Positions 1 to 9,880 of a stretch of 64,000 nt of DNA are shown here, piece by piece. Origin of the DNA: an uncultured delta proteobacterium (GTDB taxonomy: Bacteria > Myxococcota_A > Polyangia > Polyangiales > Polyangiaceae). Both the position numbers and the translations under genes were made by a program. Numbering within the stretch: the stretch's first letter is position 1; the number at the start of each line of letters is the position of its first letter. The DNA lies in contig CAWDXG010000004.1 in NCBI GenBank assembly GCA_963806225.1, forward strand, positions 5,280,001 to 5,344,000. The letters are read 5' to 3'. Under the pieces are notes generated by a model. It was not told the DNA's origin. It ran no database searches and worked only from the letters and a program-made list of their open reading frames with translations.

Positions 1-64
1 ATGGGGCCCGGGGAGCTGGTCGGCCCGACCCATGCGCCCGAGTTCGTGCTAGGCCCTGCCCGCC

Positions 65-1990
65 GTGATCGGGATCTCCAACCTCCAGAAGAGCTTCGGG
101 CACCAGACCCTGTTCGAGAACGTCACCCTGCAGCTCAACCAGGGCAGCCGCTACGGGCTGGTGGGTGCGAATGGCTCGGGCAAGACCACATTCCTCCGCA
201 TTCTCACCGGGGACGAGCCGGAGAGCGGAGGCGAGCTCACGTTTCCGAAGAACGCGCGTATCGGCGTGCTGCGGCAGGATCGCTTCCTCAACGACGACCA
301 GCTCATCCTCGACGTCGCGATGATGGGCGACGAGGTCGCCTGGCGGGCGCTCAAGGAGCAGGACGAGCTGGCGACCCAGGAGCATCCCGATCCGCACCGC
401 ATCGGCGATCTGGTGGAGATCCTCAACGCCCACGACGGCTACACGCTCGAGGCCCGCGCCAGCCAGGTGCTGGTGGGCCTGGGCATCCCGGAAGCGGTGA
501 CGGGGCAGCCCCTCAGGACGCTGAGCGGTGGCTACAAGCTGCGCGTGCTGCTCGCGCAGGTGCTCGTCGGTCAGCCCGATGCGCTGTTCCTCGACGAGCC
601 GACGAACCATCTCGACATCCTGAGCATCCGCTGGCTGGAACGATTCCTCTCGAGCTACCGCGGCTCTGCGGTGGTCATCAGCCACGACCATCGCTTCCTG
701 AACAACGTCGCCACGCACATCCTCGACGTCGACTACCAGACGATCACCCAGTACACGGGCAACTACGACGCCTTCCTCGAGCAGAAGGTCACGACACGCG
801 ATCGCAAGGAGACGGAAATCGCCCGCGTGGAGAAGGCCATCGCGGACAAGAAGGCTTTCGTCGAGCGCTTCAAGGCCAAGGCCACCAAGGCCCGGCAGGC
901 CCAGAGCCGGGTGAAGCAGATCGAGAAGATCGAGATCGAGAAGCTGCCCCAGTCCTCGCGGCGCTACCCCAAGTTCTCGTTCTCGAGCGTGCGCCCGAGC
1001 GGCAAGGACGTGCTCCAGGTCGAGGACCTCTGCAAGGCCTACGGCGACAAGAAGGTGCTCGACGGCGTTTCACTCTCGGTGCGGCGCGGCGAGCGTGTCG
1101 CGGTGATCGGCGCCAACGGTCTCGGCAAGTCGACGCTGCTGAAGATCGTCACGGGCAACCTCGACAAGGACGCGGGGGACGTCACGTGGGGTCACGAGAC
1201 GCACGTCGGCTACTTCGCGCAGGATCACAAAGAGCAGCTCACCGATCCCGAGCAGACTGCGTTGGACTTCCTGTGGGAGATCTGTCCGCAGGAGGGCACG
1301 AGCTTCGTGCGCGGAGTGCTCGGAAGGCTACTGTTCAGTCGGGAAGAGGTCGACAAAAAGGTCAAGAGCGTGAGCGGCGGCGAGGCGACCCGCCTGGTTT
1401 TCAGCCGGCTCATGGTGCAGAAGCCCAACGTCCTGGTGCTCGACGAGCCGACGAACCATCTGGACCTCGAGGCGATCGAGGCGCTGGTCGACGCGCTGGA
1501 GAACTACGACGGTACGCTCATCTTCGTGTCGCACGATCGCTGGTTCGTCTCGCGGCTTGCGACGCGCATCATCGAGATCCGCCCCGACGGGCTGAACGAC
1601 TTCCAGGGAACGTACGACGAGTACCTGGAACGCCAGGGTGACGACCACCTCGACGCGGAGCAGGTGGAGCTCCGGGCGAAGCAGGACAAGAAGCAGAAGA
1701 AGAACCGGGGCCGCCCGAAGAACGGGGGCAAGCCGCGGAACAACCGCGACAAGGAGCTGCCGAAGCGCCGCGACGAGGTGGTTGCCCGCATCGAGGCGGT
1801 GGAAGCCCAGCTTGCCGGTATCCAGCAGCGCTACTCCGAGCCCGGCTTCTTCGAAAAGACCAACGCCGCCGAGGTCGAGTCGCTGAGGAGCCAGGAGAAG
1901 CAGCTTTCCCGCGAGCAGGCCGAGCTGATGCAGAAGTGGGAACGGCTCGAAGCGGAGCTGACCGAGCTGGGCGAGGGAGCGGTCGGATAG
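65..1990 (+). CDS. ABC-F family ATPase (YbiT/YheS-like, ribosome-associated)
   Basis: Two ABC domains (GANGSGKT...LSGG...LDEPTNHLD; GANGLGKS...VSGGE...LDEPTNHLD), no TM segments, C-terminal coiled coil; GTG start. Confidence 0.95.
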   Translation: MIGISNLQKSFGHQTLFENVTLQLNQGSRYGLVGANGSGKTTFLRILTGDEPESGGELTFPKNARIGVLRQDRFLNDDQLILDVAMMGDEVAWRALKEQDELATQEHPDPHRIGDLVEILNAHDGYTLEARASQVLVGLGIPEAVTGQPLRTLSGGYKLRVLLAQVLVGQPDALFLDEPTNHLDILSIRWLERFLSSYRGSAVVISHDHRFLNNVATHILDVDYQTITQYTGNYDAFLEQKVTTRDRKETEIARVEKAIADKKAFVERFKAKATKARQAQSRVKQIEKIEIEKLPQSSRRYPKFSFSSVRPSGKDVLQVEDLCKAYGDKKVLDGVSLSVRRGERVAVIGANGLGKSTLLKIVTGNLDKDAGDVTWGHETHVGYFAQDHKEQLTDPEQTALDFLWEICPQEGTSFVRGVLGRLLFSREEVDKKVKSVSGGEATRLVFSRLMVQKPNVLVLDEPTNHLDLEAIEALVDALENYDGTLIFVSHDRWFVSRLATRIIEIRPDGLNDFQGTYDEYLERQGDDHLDAEQVELRAKQDKKQKKNRGRPKNGGKPRNNRDKELPKRRDEVVARIEAVEAQLAGIQQRYSEPGFFEKTNAAEVESLRSQEKQLSREQAELMQKWERLEAELTELGEGAVG

Positions 1991-2067
1991 GTAGTTCCGC
2001 GACCAGAATCGGTGCTGGCGTTTCGCGAGCGCGCTTGCCCGGCCGCGTTTGGCGTATCAATGGAGGG

Positions 2068-3699
2068 ATGGGCAAAAGCGCGCTTCGCTGGCTCGTTGCA
2101 CTGACCGCCGTTGTCGCGGGCTGCACGACGAGCAGCACCAACAACGTTGAACCCTGCGCTCCCGGCGAGGTGCGGACCTGTCTCGGAAGCGACGCCTGCA
2201 GCGGCCACGCCGTGTGCAGCTCCGATGGGACGCTGGGCGCGTGCATGTGCGGAGGCATGGACGGCGGACCCGACGGGGCCGGCGGTGTGTCGGGCAGCGG
2301 CGGTGTGTCGGGCAGCGGCGGCAGCGGCGGGACCGCAGGCAGCGCTGGCAACGGCGGTGTGTCGGGCAGCGGTGGCAACGGCGGTGTGTCGGGCAGCGGC
2401 GGCAGCGGCGGGACCGCAGGCAGCGCTGGCAACGGCGGTGTGTCGGGCAGCGGCGGCAGCGGCGGGACCGCAGGCAGCGCTGGCAACGGCGGTGTGTCGG
2501 GCAGCGGTGGCAACGGCGGTGTGTCGGGCAGCGGCGGCAGCGGCGGGACCGCAGGCAGCGCTGGCAACGGCGGTGTGTCGGGCAGCGGCGGCAGCGGCGG
2601 GACCGCAGGCAGCGGTGGCAACGGCGGTGTGTCGGGCAGCGGTGGCAACGGCGGTGTGTCGGGCAGCGGCGGGAACGGCGGCGTGTCGGGCAGCGGCGGG
2701 AACGATGCCGGTGCCGATGTGTCGACGGGTGGCACGGCCGGAACCGACGGCGGCACCGATGCGTCCCTGGACGGCCCCGGCGGAATCGACGGCGGAGCCG
2801 ATGCGTCCGTGGACGGCGCCGCGGGCAGCGGCGGGAGCGGCGGCAGTGGAACGGATGCGGGCGGAGTGTGCGCGAACGGCGTGACCGGCGGCGACGGCAC
2901 CGTGAGCTACCCGCTGTGGCCCGTCTCGAGCGCCGATCTGCGGGCCACCGCGGAGTTCACCACGACGCAGGACACGGTGCTCGACCACGCGACGTGCTTG
3001 ATGTGGCAGCGCAGCGTCAACACCGGAACCTACTCGTGGGCCGCGGCGAAAACCGCCTGCGACAACCTCTCGCTGGCCGGCTACAACGACTGGCGGCTGC
3101 CGACGCGTGCAGAGCTCGTCAGCATCACGAACTACACGGCGTACCCCGCGATCAACCAATCGGTGTTCGCCAACACGCCCATGGGTGCGAACGTCAACAC
3201 CTTCTGGGCGTCCACTCTGCTTGCCAGCGATGCGACCAAGCACTGGGTCGTGCTGCTCGGCGGAGCCGGGCAGGTGACCTACCAGCTGTCGACAAGTAGC
3301 TACAGCGTACGCTGCGTGCGCGGCTCGGGCGCGCCGACGAGCGCCCGCTTCGACAGTTCCACGCCAGCGGTCGTCTTCGATCTGGAAACCGGTCTCGAGT
3401 GGGAAGCGAGTCCGCCGAACCAGGAGTACTCGCAGGCACAAGCGGATACGTACTGCCAGAGCCTCACGCTCGACAACCAGAGCGACTGGCGCCTGCCGAG
3501 CATCCGCGAGTTGACCGCGCTGATCGATCCGGCAAACGCGAGCCGCGCACTACCGACAAGCTTCGGTCTGGTCGGCGCCTGGTACTGGTCCTCGACGCTC
3601 TCGACCGGCTACGGCTACTGGGCTGTTAGCATGGGCGTTGGCTACACGGCGGTCGTTCCGTCTGCCGCGTCCATTCATCGCGCCCGCTGCGTGCGGTAG
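2068..3699 (+). CDS. Lipoprotein with long Gly/Ser tether and two DUF1566 (Lcl C-terminal, CLec-like) domains
   Basis: GGAGG then ATG at 2068; signal ending VVAGC; two copies of D-x2-T-x-L-x-W...C-x2-L...DWRLP-x3-EL...WxST...RCVR. Confidence 0.88.
   Translation: MGKSALRWLVALTAVVAGCTTSSTNNVEPCAPGEVRTCLGSDACSGHAVCSSDGTLGACMCGGMDGGPDGAGGVSGSGGVSGSGGSGGTAGSAGNGGVSGSGGNGGVSGSGGSGGTAGSAGNGGVSGSGGSGGTAGSAGNGGVSGSGGNGGVSGSGGSGGTAGSAGNGGVSGSGGSGGTAGSGGNGGVSGSGGNGGVSGSGGNGGVSGSGGNDAGADVSTGGTAGTDGGTDASLDGPGGIDGGADASVDGAAGSGGSGGSGTDAGGVCANGVTGGDGTVSYPLWPVSSADLRATAEFTTTQDTVLDHATCLMWQRSVNTGTYSWAAAKTACDNLSLAGYNDWRLPTRAELVSITNYTAYPAINQSVFANTPMGANVNTFWASTLLASDATKHWVVLLGGAGQVTYQLSTSSYSVRCVRGSGAPTSARFDSSTPAVVFDLETGLEWEASPPNQEYSQAQADTYCQSLTLDNQSDWRLPSIRELTALIDPANASRALPTSFGLVGAWYWSSTLSTGYGYWAVSMGVGYTAVVPSAASIHRARCVR
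2278..2703 (+). repeat. Intragenic tandem repeats of 27-bp units encoding GGVSGSGGN / GGTAGSAGN
   Basis: ggcggtgtgtcgggcagc and ggcgggaccgcaggcagc units recur many times in frame. Confidence 0.9.
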
Positions 3700-3720
3700 C
3701 TCTACGGGAGACCCGAGGAC

Positions 3721-4923
3721 ATGTCGGTTCGCTGGTTGTCGATAGTCGCGCTTGCCCTGGCTGGCTGCAGCTCGAGCACCAACGTACAGGTGACGCCCTG
3801 CCACTCGGGAGAGACCCAGACCTGCGTGACCCAGACGGGCTGCAGCGGAATCGCCGTGTGCGGCTCGGATGGCAAGTACTCCGCTTGCACGTGCGGCGCG
3901 GACGCCGGTGGCGGAAGCGGCGGCGGGTCAGGCTCCGGCGGTACGGGCGGAAGCGGCGGTGTCGCGGGCGGCGCGGGCGGGAGCGACGCCGGTCCGGACG
4001 TCTCCGCCGGAGGCTCGGGCGGCGTGGGTGGCAGCGTCGATGCGTCGACGGAGGGTTCGGCGGGAAGTGGCGGAGATGGCGGCGGGGTCTGTCCGTCGGG
4101 TGTCACCGGTGGCGACGGCACGGTCAGCTATCCGCGATGGCCCATCCCGGCTGGAGATTCGCGGGCGACTGGCGGGTTCACGGTAACGAAGGACACCGTG
4201 CTCGACCACGCGACGTGCTTGATGTGGCAGCGTGCAGTCAATTCGGGGAGCTACTCCTGGGACGCGGCCAAGGGCCTGTGCGACAAACTGATCCTGGCGG
4301 GATTCGACGACTGGCGCCTTCCCACTCGCGCCGAGCTCGTCAGCATCACCGACTTCACGGTCTATCCCGCGATCAACAAGTCCGTCTTCCCGAACGTTCT
4401 GACCGGAGCGAAAATCAATGCGTTCTGGGCGTCGACCCTGCTTGCCAGTGACACGTCCAAGCACTGGGTCGTATTGCACGGCGGGGCCGGGCAGGTGGCG
4501 TACGAGCCGTCGACGGACAGCTCCAGCGTGCGCTGCGTGCGCGGCTCCGGCGCCCCGCTCCCGCAGCGCTTCGACGCTTCGAAGGCTGGCGTGGTCGTCG
4601 ACCTCGAAACGGGCCTCGAGTGGGAGGCAACGCCCCAGGACCAGGAGGTCTCCGTGGCCGAGGCCGACACCTACTGCCAGAAGCTGGTGCTGGACAGCCA
4701 GAGCGATTGGCGGCTGCCCACCGCTCGCGAGCTGAGCACGCTGATCGATCCCCTGGGTGCAACCCGAGCGCTGCCCCTGAGCTTCGGTCTGAAGAGCGGA
4801 GCGTCCTATTGGTCGTCCACTTCGGCGTCGGGTTTGAACAACTGGTGCGTGGGTATGGGCAACGGGTACACGGCCGCGTGTCCGACGACAGCCCAGACCC
4901 ACCGCGTTCGCTGCGTGCGCTAG
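3721..4923 (+). CDS. Paralogous double-DUF1566 lipoprotein
   Basis: GAGG RBS; lipobox LAGC; same architecture as the upstream gene with shared blocks (GVTGGDGTVSYP, DTVLDHATCLMWQR, DWRLPTRAELVSIT). Confidence 0.88.
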   Translation: MSVRWLSIVALALAGCSSSTNVQVTPCHSGETQTCVTQTGCSGIAVCGSDGKYSACTCGADAGGGSGGGSGSGGTGGSGGVAGGAGGSDAGPDVSAGGSGGVGGSVDASTEGSAGSGGDGGGVCPSGVTGGDGTVSYPRWPIPAGDSRATGGFTVTKDTVLDHATCLMWQRAVNSGSYSWDAAKGLCDKLILAGFDDWRLPTRAELVSITDFTVYPAINKSVFPNVLTGAKINAFWASTLLASDTSKHWVVLHGGAGQVAYEPSTDSSSVRCVRGSGAPLPQRFDASKAGVVVDLETGLEWEATPQDQEVSVAEADTYCQKLVLDSQSDWRLPTARELSTLIDPLGATRALPLSFGLKSGASYWSSTSASGLNNWCVGMGNGYTAACPTTAQTHRVRCVR

Positions 4924-4964
4924 CGGGCTTCCCCGGGCCCGCGGTTCCGCGCTACGCTCGGTCG

Positions 4965-6365
4965 ATGCTTTTTCGATTGGCTGGGATGGTAGTCGTCGCC
5001 CTGTCGCTGGCGGCCTGTGGTGGTAGCAACGACGCGTCGGGAGGGCCGTCGTCGGGGGGCGCGGCTGGCGCTGCAGGGACGGGAGGCGCGGCCGGCGCCG
5101 CCGGAACCGGGGGCGCGGCGGGTAGCGGTGGAGCGGGCGGCAGCGGTGGAGCGGGCACGACCTGCAGCCAGCCGCCGCGCGACTTCTGGACCTGGGATCT
5201 GACCGTGATGCCTCCCAAGGACAAGAAGGTGAACGCGACCTGCGTGGCCGAGACGGCTCACGCCTACGTGTACGTGGCGACGGATAGCTGGACGGCCGGC
5301 AAGATGACGCAGGCCCAGGTGGACACCATCGTCAATGCCTTCGAGAAGTCGACGCCTGCCGACAAGACACGCGGCATCTACGCGACGGACACGGATACGT
5401 TCGGCGCTCCACCCGACGTCGACAACGATCCGCACATCTATCTCGTGTACTACCCGATGGGGTCGTTCAAGAGCACGAGCTTCGACGGCTACTTCCGCGA
5501 CACGGACGAGTCCCCCGGAACGGGCTCGAACCAGCTCGAGATGCTGCACCTGAACTCCGAGGGGCAGTTCAAGCCGGACTCCGACTACATGCTCGGTGTC
5601 GTCATCCACGAGTTCGTACACCTCATCAACTGGAAGTACGACAAGAGCGAAGAGGGCTGGCTGAACGAGGCGCTGGCCGAGTCGGCCATGACGCTCGGCG
5701 GCTACATGACCGACCTCCCGGCGGGCAAGAAGTACGTCAAGTCGACCGCGGGCACACCGCTCTGCGTGACCGGCTACTCGGACTACGGCGCGACCTTCAG
5801 CTGGGGCAGCTACATGCTCGACCGCTGGGGCACCTCCTTCCTCACCGACGTGCTGCAGGACCCAGCGCACGGTATCGCCTCGATCGAATCGCACCTGCCG
5901 CAAGGCACGACGTTCCGTGATGCGTTCAGCGACTTCATGCTCGCGAATCTGCTCGACCAGCCTTCGATCGGTGACGGTCGCTACGGCTACACATCGTTCG
6001 ACCAGTCCGCGTTGGGCAGCGAGACGGCAGGCACCATCGACAGCGCCGATCACACGAGCGACGCCGTGGCGTGGGGCGCGCGCATGCTGCGCTTCATTCC
6101 GTCGAGCGCGGGGACGCTGTCGGTAGCGATCGACTCCGCGGACTGGGACAAGCTGGTCGTCTCCACCGTGGTGCTCGATCCGGCGCAGCCGTCCGGCGCC
6201 ACGGTCACGCCACAGACGCTCACCGCGCAGAGCACCCAGCTCGACATCCAGGTTGCGGCCGGGCAGGTCGTCGATGCCGTCGTAGCGGTCGACCCCGGCG
6301 CCTCGGTCGACAGCACGCCGGCCGCCAAGACCAGCTTCACCTACAACGCGACGCTGACACCATGA
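4965..6365 (+). CDS. Lipoprotein zinc metallopeptidase (HExxH; M30/hyicolysin-like)
   Basis: Lipobox LAAC, Gly tether, FG-x-PPDVD-x-DP-x-I, HEFVHLI followed by WLNE. Confidence 0.75.
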   Translation: MLFRLAGMVVVALSLAACGGSNDASGGPSSGGAAGAAGTGGAAGAAGTGGAAGSGGAGGSGGAGTTCSQPPRDFWTWDLTVMPPKDKKVNATCVAETAHAYVYVATDSWTAGKMTQAQVDTIVNAFEKSTPADKTRGIYATDTDTFGAPPDVDNDPHIYLVYYPMGSFKSTSFDGYFRDTDESPGTGSNQLEMLHLNSEGQFKPDSDYMLGVVIHEFVHLINWKYDKSEEGWLNEALAESAMTLGGYMTDLPAGKKYVKSTAGTPLCVTGYSDYGATFSWGSYMLDRWGTSFLTDVLQDPAHGIASIESHLPQGTTFRDAFSDFMLANLLDQPSIGDGRYGYTSFDQSALGSETAGTIDSADHTSDAVAWGARMLRFIPSSAGTLSVAIDSADWDKLVVSTVVLDPAQPSGATVTPQTLTAQSTQLDIQVAAGQVVDAVVAVDPGASVDSTPAAKTSFTYNATLTP

Positions 6366-7966
6366 ACATGAGCGGTGGCAAATCTGTGGGGTTGTGCGCT
6401 CTGGCGGCAGCCTTGTCCTGTGGCTGCGGCAGCTCGTCGGCGTCACAGCCGACCGGCACCGGCGGGACCTCGGGGCAGGGCGGTATGGCTGGAAGTGGCG
6501 GCGCGGCCGGCGCTGGTGGCGTTGGCGGTCCGCTGGCGCTCGCTCCCGGCGACGTGGCGGAGCTGCCGGTCCAGAGCGGAACCGCCGGGGCGCGCATCGC
6601 GACGCCGGGCGGCAACGAGAAGTACGTGCTGGTGCTGGCGTCTACGCGTTTCGATACGTCGGGGGACCAGCTTGCCTACTCGGTGAAGCTCGACGCGGCG
6701 CCGGACGGCGCGAGCGCGACGCCGGTGACCGGATGTTCGGTCAGCACCGACCCCTGGAGCACCACGAACGTGCCGAAAGAGACGGCGCCCAGCGGCACGG
6801 CGGTGACGGTCGGCACGACGCGAACCATCAACGTCCAGAGGGCGGTCGGCTTTGAAACGATCCAGGCCAAGGCAATCGCCGTCGGCAAGTCGGCGGTCGT
6901 ATGGGCGGACGTCACGCCGGCCCATCCGGCAAACCTCGATACGACGTTCGTGAACCAGTTCCTCTCCGATTTCGAAGACACCATCCTGCCGCGCGAGCGG
7001 ACGGTGTTCGGCATGGAGTCGGACCTGGACGGAGACGGTCACATCTCGCTCGTGTTCACCCCGCTCACCTACGACACCGCGGTGGCGTTCTTCACGGGCT
7101 GCGATCTGGTCGACGCCGGAGGCTGCCTTACGACGAATCATGGCGAGTACCTGTATCTGACACCGCCCGATGCGATCGCCCCTCCGTACAACACGCCCAA
7201 CGCGATCAAGGAAATTCTCACGCACGAGTGCTCGCACCTCATCAACTTCAATCGCAAGGTGCTCTTGAACAAGCTGTCCAGCTGGCCTGACAGCTCCTAC
7301 ATGGACGAGGGCGTTGGCGCATTTGCACAGGACGCTGTCGGGCCGCAGGCGGGCAACCTGTACGTCGCGATGGCGGGCCTCGACCAGATCGACCAGTTCT
7401 CGCTCGGTGAGACACTGATGGATGGCGCGCAGTATGATCTGAACCGCGACGGTGCGTTGCGCGGCGGGTCGTACTGGTTCGTGCGCTGGCTGTACGACCA
7501 GGCCGGCGCCGACACGGCCAACACGGACGGCACCATCACCAACAAGGGCGGGATCTCGTTCTTCCGGGCGCTCCTGGATGCCAAGATGTTTATCGCCAAG
7601 GACCTGCCGGGCGAGACGCAGGCGTCGGCAAGCGACATTGCGATGGACTTCTACACCACGTTGGCCATGAGCAATCGCGACGAGACGGGCGGCGTTGCGC
7701 CTACCGATCCCTGCTTCGCCTACCAGCCGATCGCCACGGATCCGGTGTGGCAGACGCAGCGCGGCGCGGACGTTTACGCCAAGTTCCACGGCATGCAGAT
7801 GAACGGGCCGAAGACCCAGCCGGCGGCGACGGCGGACGGCAAGCTGCTGGCCGGAGGAGTGGAGTATCTGGACGTGGACGCGAAGAGCGGCCAGTCCGAG
7901 CTCGATCTGACGGTGACGGTGGATCCGAAGGCCCAGGCGCGCGTGCGCATCGGCCGCGTGCGCTGA
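6362..7966 (+). CDS. Second HExxH metallopeptidase-like lipoprotein
   Basis: ATGA overlap with previous stop; signal ending LSCGC; FGMESDLDGDG, HECSHLI and YMDEG motifs. Confidence 0.72.
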   Translation: MNMSGGKSVGLCALAAALSCGCGSSSASQPTGTGGTSGQGGMAGSGGAAGAGGVGGPLALAPGDVAELPVQSGTAGARIATPGGNEKYVLVLASTRFDTSGDQLAYSVKLDAAPDGASATPVTGCSVSTDPWSTTNVPKETAPSGTAVTVGTTRTINVQRAVGFETIQAKAIAVGKSAVVWADVTPAHPANLDTTFVNQFLSDFEDTILPRERTVFGMESDLDGDGHISLVFTPLTYDTAVAFFTGCDLVDAGGCLTTNHGEYLYLTPPDAIAPPYNTPNAIKEILTHECSHLINFNRKVLLNKLSSWPDSSYMDEGVGAFAQDAVGPQAGNLYVAMAGLDQIDQFSLGETLMDGAQYDLNRDGALRGGSYWFVRWLYDQAGADTANTDGTITNKGGISFFRALLDAKMFIAKDLPGETQASASDIAMDFYTTLAMSNRDETGGVAPTDPCFAYQPIATDPVWQTQRGADVYAKFHGMQMNGPKTQPAATADGKLLAGGVEYLDVDAKSGQSELDLTVTVDPKAQARVRIGRVR

Positions 7967-8013
7967 TCCACCCCTTGTGCCTCGGCGCCGGACGCCACAG
8001 GCTCCCGGGCATC

Positions 8014-8982
8014 ATGAACCGTCGCGGAACGTTCCTGGTCCTGCTGCTCGCTATCGGCTGCTCCAAGCACACGCCGTCCAAGCCCGCTCCCAGCGCGGCG
8101 ACGCCCTCCAGCGCACCACCTGCTGCGAGCGCGACGGCCGCGGCGAGCGCGACGGCCGCAGCGAGCGCAGCTCCGGCTGCTTCGTCGGCGAGCGCGCATC
8201 TGGCCGCGTCGTCGTCGTCGTACTCGTCCCTCACCGGCGTGCTGAGCGAAGAAGGGTTCAAGAAGCTGCACCAGCTCAAGGCCGACGCCGAGCCGCCGCG
8301 CAAGGGCACGATGATCGAGATCGCCGGAACCCGCGCGTACCTGAGCCTGCCGGCGAACGCCAAGCCGCCGCTGCCTGCGGTCGTGGTGATCCACGAGTGG
8401 TGGGGCCTGAACCAGCACATCGAGCACTGGGCCGACCGGCTGGCGGCTGACGGCTACGCAGCGGTGGCGGTCGATCTGTACGGCGGCAAGGTCGCGACGA
8501 CTCCTGATGAGGCCATGAAGCTGATGAAGGCCGTCGACGCCACGCGCGCCCGCACCACGCTGGTGGCGGCGTATCATTTCCTGAAGACGGATCCGCGCGT
8601 GAAGGCCTCTCGCCTCGGTTCCATCGGCTGGTGTTTCGGTGGCGGCTGGTCGCTGCAGCTCGCGCTGGCCGAGCCGAAGCTCGACGCGGACGTCATCTAC
8701 TATGGCCACGTGCCGACTGACCCCGAGAAGCTGACGCCCCTGCATGCGCCGGTGCTCGCGTTCTTCGGCAACAAGGACAAGAGCATTCCTCCCGCGCACG
8801 TCGACGCCTTCGAGCACGCGCTCGCGCAGCTCCACGTCACGCACACCGTGCTGCGTTACGACGCCCAGCACGCGTTCGCGAACCCATCGGGTGCCCGCTA
8901 CAACGAGAAGGCCGCGGCCGACGCCTGGAAGCACGTACGCTCCTTTCTCGACAAGTACCTGAAGCACCCGGCCAAGCCCTAG
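8014..8982 (+). CDS. Dienelactone hydrolase family protein with lipoprotein-like N-terminus
   Basis: HEWWGL, GWCFGG nucleophile elbow, D and HAFAN catalytic motifs; N-terminal LLLAIGC and Ala/Ser/Pro linker. Confidence 0.9.
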   Translation: MNRRGTFLVLLLAIGCSKHTPSKPAPSAATPSSAPPAASATAAASATAAASAAPAASSASAHLAASSSSYSSLTGVLSEEGFKKLHQLKADAEPPRKGTMIEIAGTRAYLSLPANAKPPLPAVVVIHEWWGLNQHIEHWADRLAADGYAAVAVDLYGGKVATTPDEAMKLMKAVDATRARTTLVAAYHFLKTDPRVKASRLGSIGWCFGGGWSLQLALAEPKLDADVIYYGHVPTDPEKLTPLHAPVLAFFGNKDKSIPPAHVDAFEHALAQLHVTHTVLRYDAQHAFANPSGARYNEKAAADAWKHVRSFLDKYLKHPAKP

Positions 8983-9055
8983 GCTTGCTCCTGTGCGGGT
9001 TCCGCGCGATCCTTGCATCGTGAAGGGGCCGAGCCGGGCAACGCGCGGAGGCAGC

Positions 9056-9805
9056 ATGTGCGGGCGCGTCGGGTCCGCGCTTGCCTTCCTTGTCCTGGTC
9101 GCCGCGCTGCCGGGCGGCTGCGGGAGCGATTCGTCGTCCGTCGCTCCAGCGCGGGGCTCCAGCGGTTCGGCGGGCGGCCCGGTCGACGGCGGAGGCAGCG
9201 GCGGCGCGGGCGGCAGCGCGGGAACGGGATGGCCCGGCGGATCCGCGGGCGCTCCGCAGGGTGGCGCCGCGGGAGTGGGTGCCCAGGCGGGCCAGGGTGG
9301 TACCGCGGGCGCTCAGCAGGGCGGCACAGGCGGCGCGGCCCAGGGCGGTACCGGCGGTTGCCCTTCTGCGGGATGGACCTTCCAGTGCGCGACTGCGTGC
9401 CCGTCGTCGTTCCCACAGGGAGTTCCCGACAGCGATTTCATCGAGAATGCGTGCAGCTACGGGGACACCGACCACGCCGTGGACAATGCCGTGAACCAGG
9501 TGATGGCGTCGCTGACCGGATGCGGCATCGGCAGCGACTGCCCGATCACGGTCGTTGCCGGCACGACCACGAACGAGATCTGCCAGAACTGGTTCGCGGC
9601 CGTCACGCAGGCGCTCCGCGCCCAGGGCTACTGCGCCGGCCAGCACGCGGTCGGTTCCACCGACGAGATCGCCGTCAACAGCACCTGCTGCGAGGGCAAG
9701 TGGTACGGCTATCACATCTGCAACTATGGCGGCGCGAAGGTGGTGTGGAACCCGGGCGCGCGACGCGGCTGGTGGGCGATCAAGGCGAGCTACTGCGGGC
9801 CGTAG
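9056..9805 (+). CDS. Gly-tethered Cys-rich lipoprotein, function unknown
   Basis: GGAGG RBS, hydrophobic signal ending PGGC, Gly-rich linker, multi-Cys C-terminal domain. Confidence 0.7.
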   Translation: MCGRVGSALAFLVLVAALPGGCGSDSSSVAPARGSSGSAGGPVDGGGSGGAGGSAGTGWPGGSAGAPQGGAAGVGAQAGQGGTAGAQQGGTGGAAQGGTGGCPSAGWTFQCATACPSSFPQGVPDSDFIENACSYGDTDHAVDNAVNQVMASLTGCGIGSDCPITVVAGTTTNEICQNWFAAVTQALRAQGYCAGQHAVGSTDEIAVNSTCCEGKWYGYHICNYGGAKVVWNPGARRGWWAIKASYCGP

Positions 9806-9880
9806 GTCTCGACTCTCGAGCTCCAGGAGCGGGACGGCGTCGTCCGGCGAGGGCAGCTCCACCCGGGGTGGGGGCCCCCG

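Noticed and set aside
2278..2703. CRISPR-like array (also 18370-18790 and 20630-20760)
   Set aside because: Units are multiples of 3 with no unique spacers, lie inside ORFs encoding Gly-rich linkers, and no cas genes are present.
3560..4923. Diversity-generating retroelement acting on the DUF1566 or FGE domains
   Set aside because: No reverse transcriptase or non-coding template repeat in the window. Differences between the two 3' ends include many non-adenine and synonymous changes.
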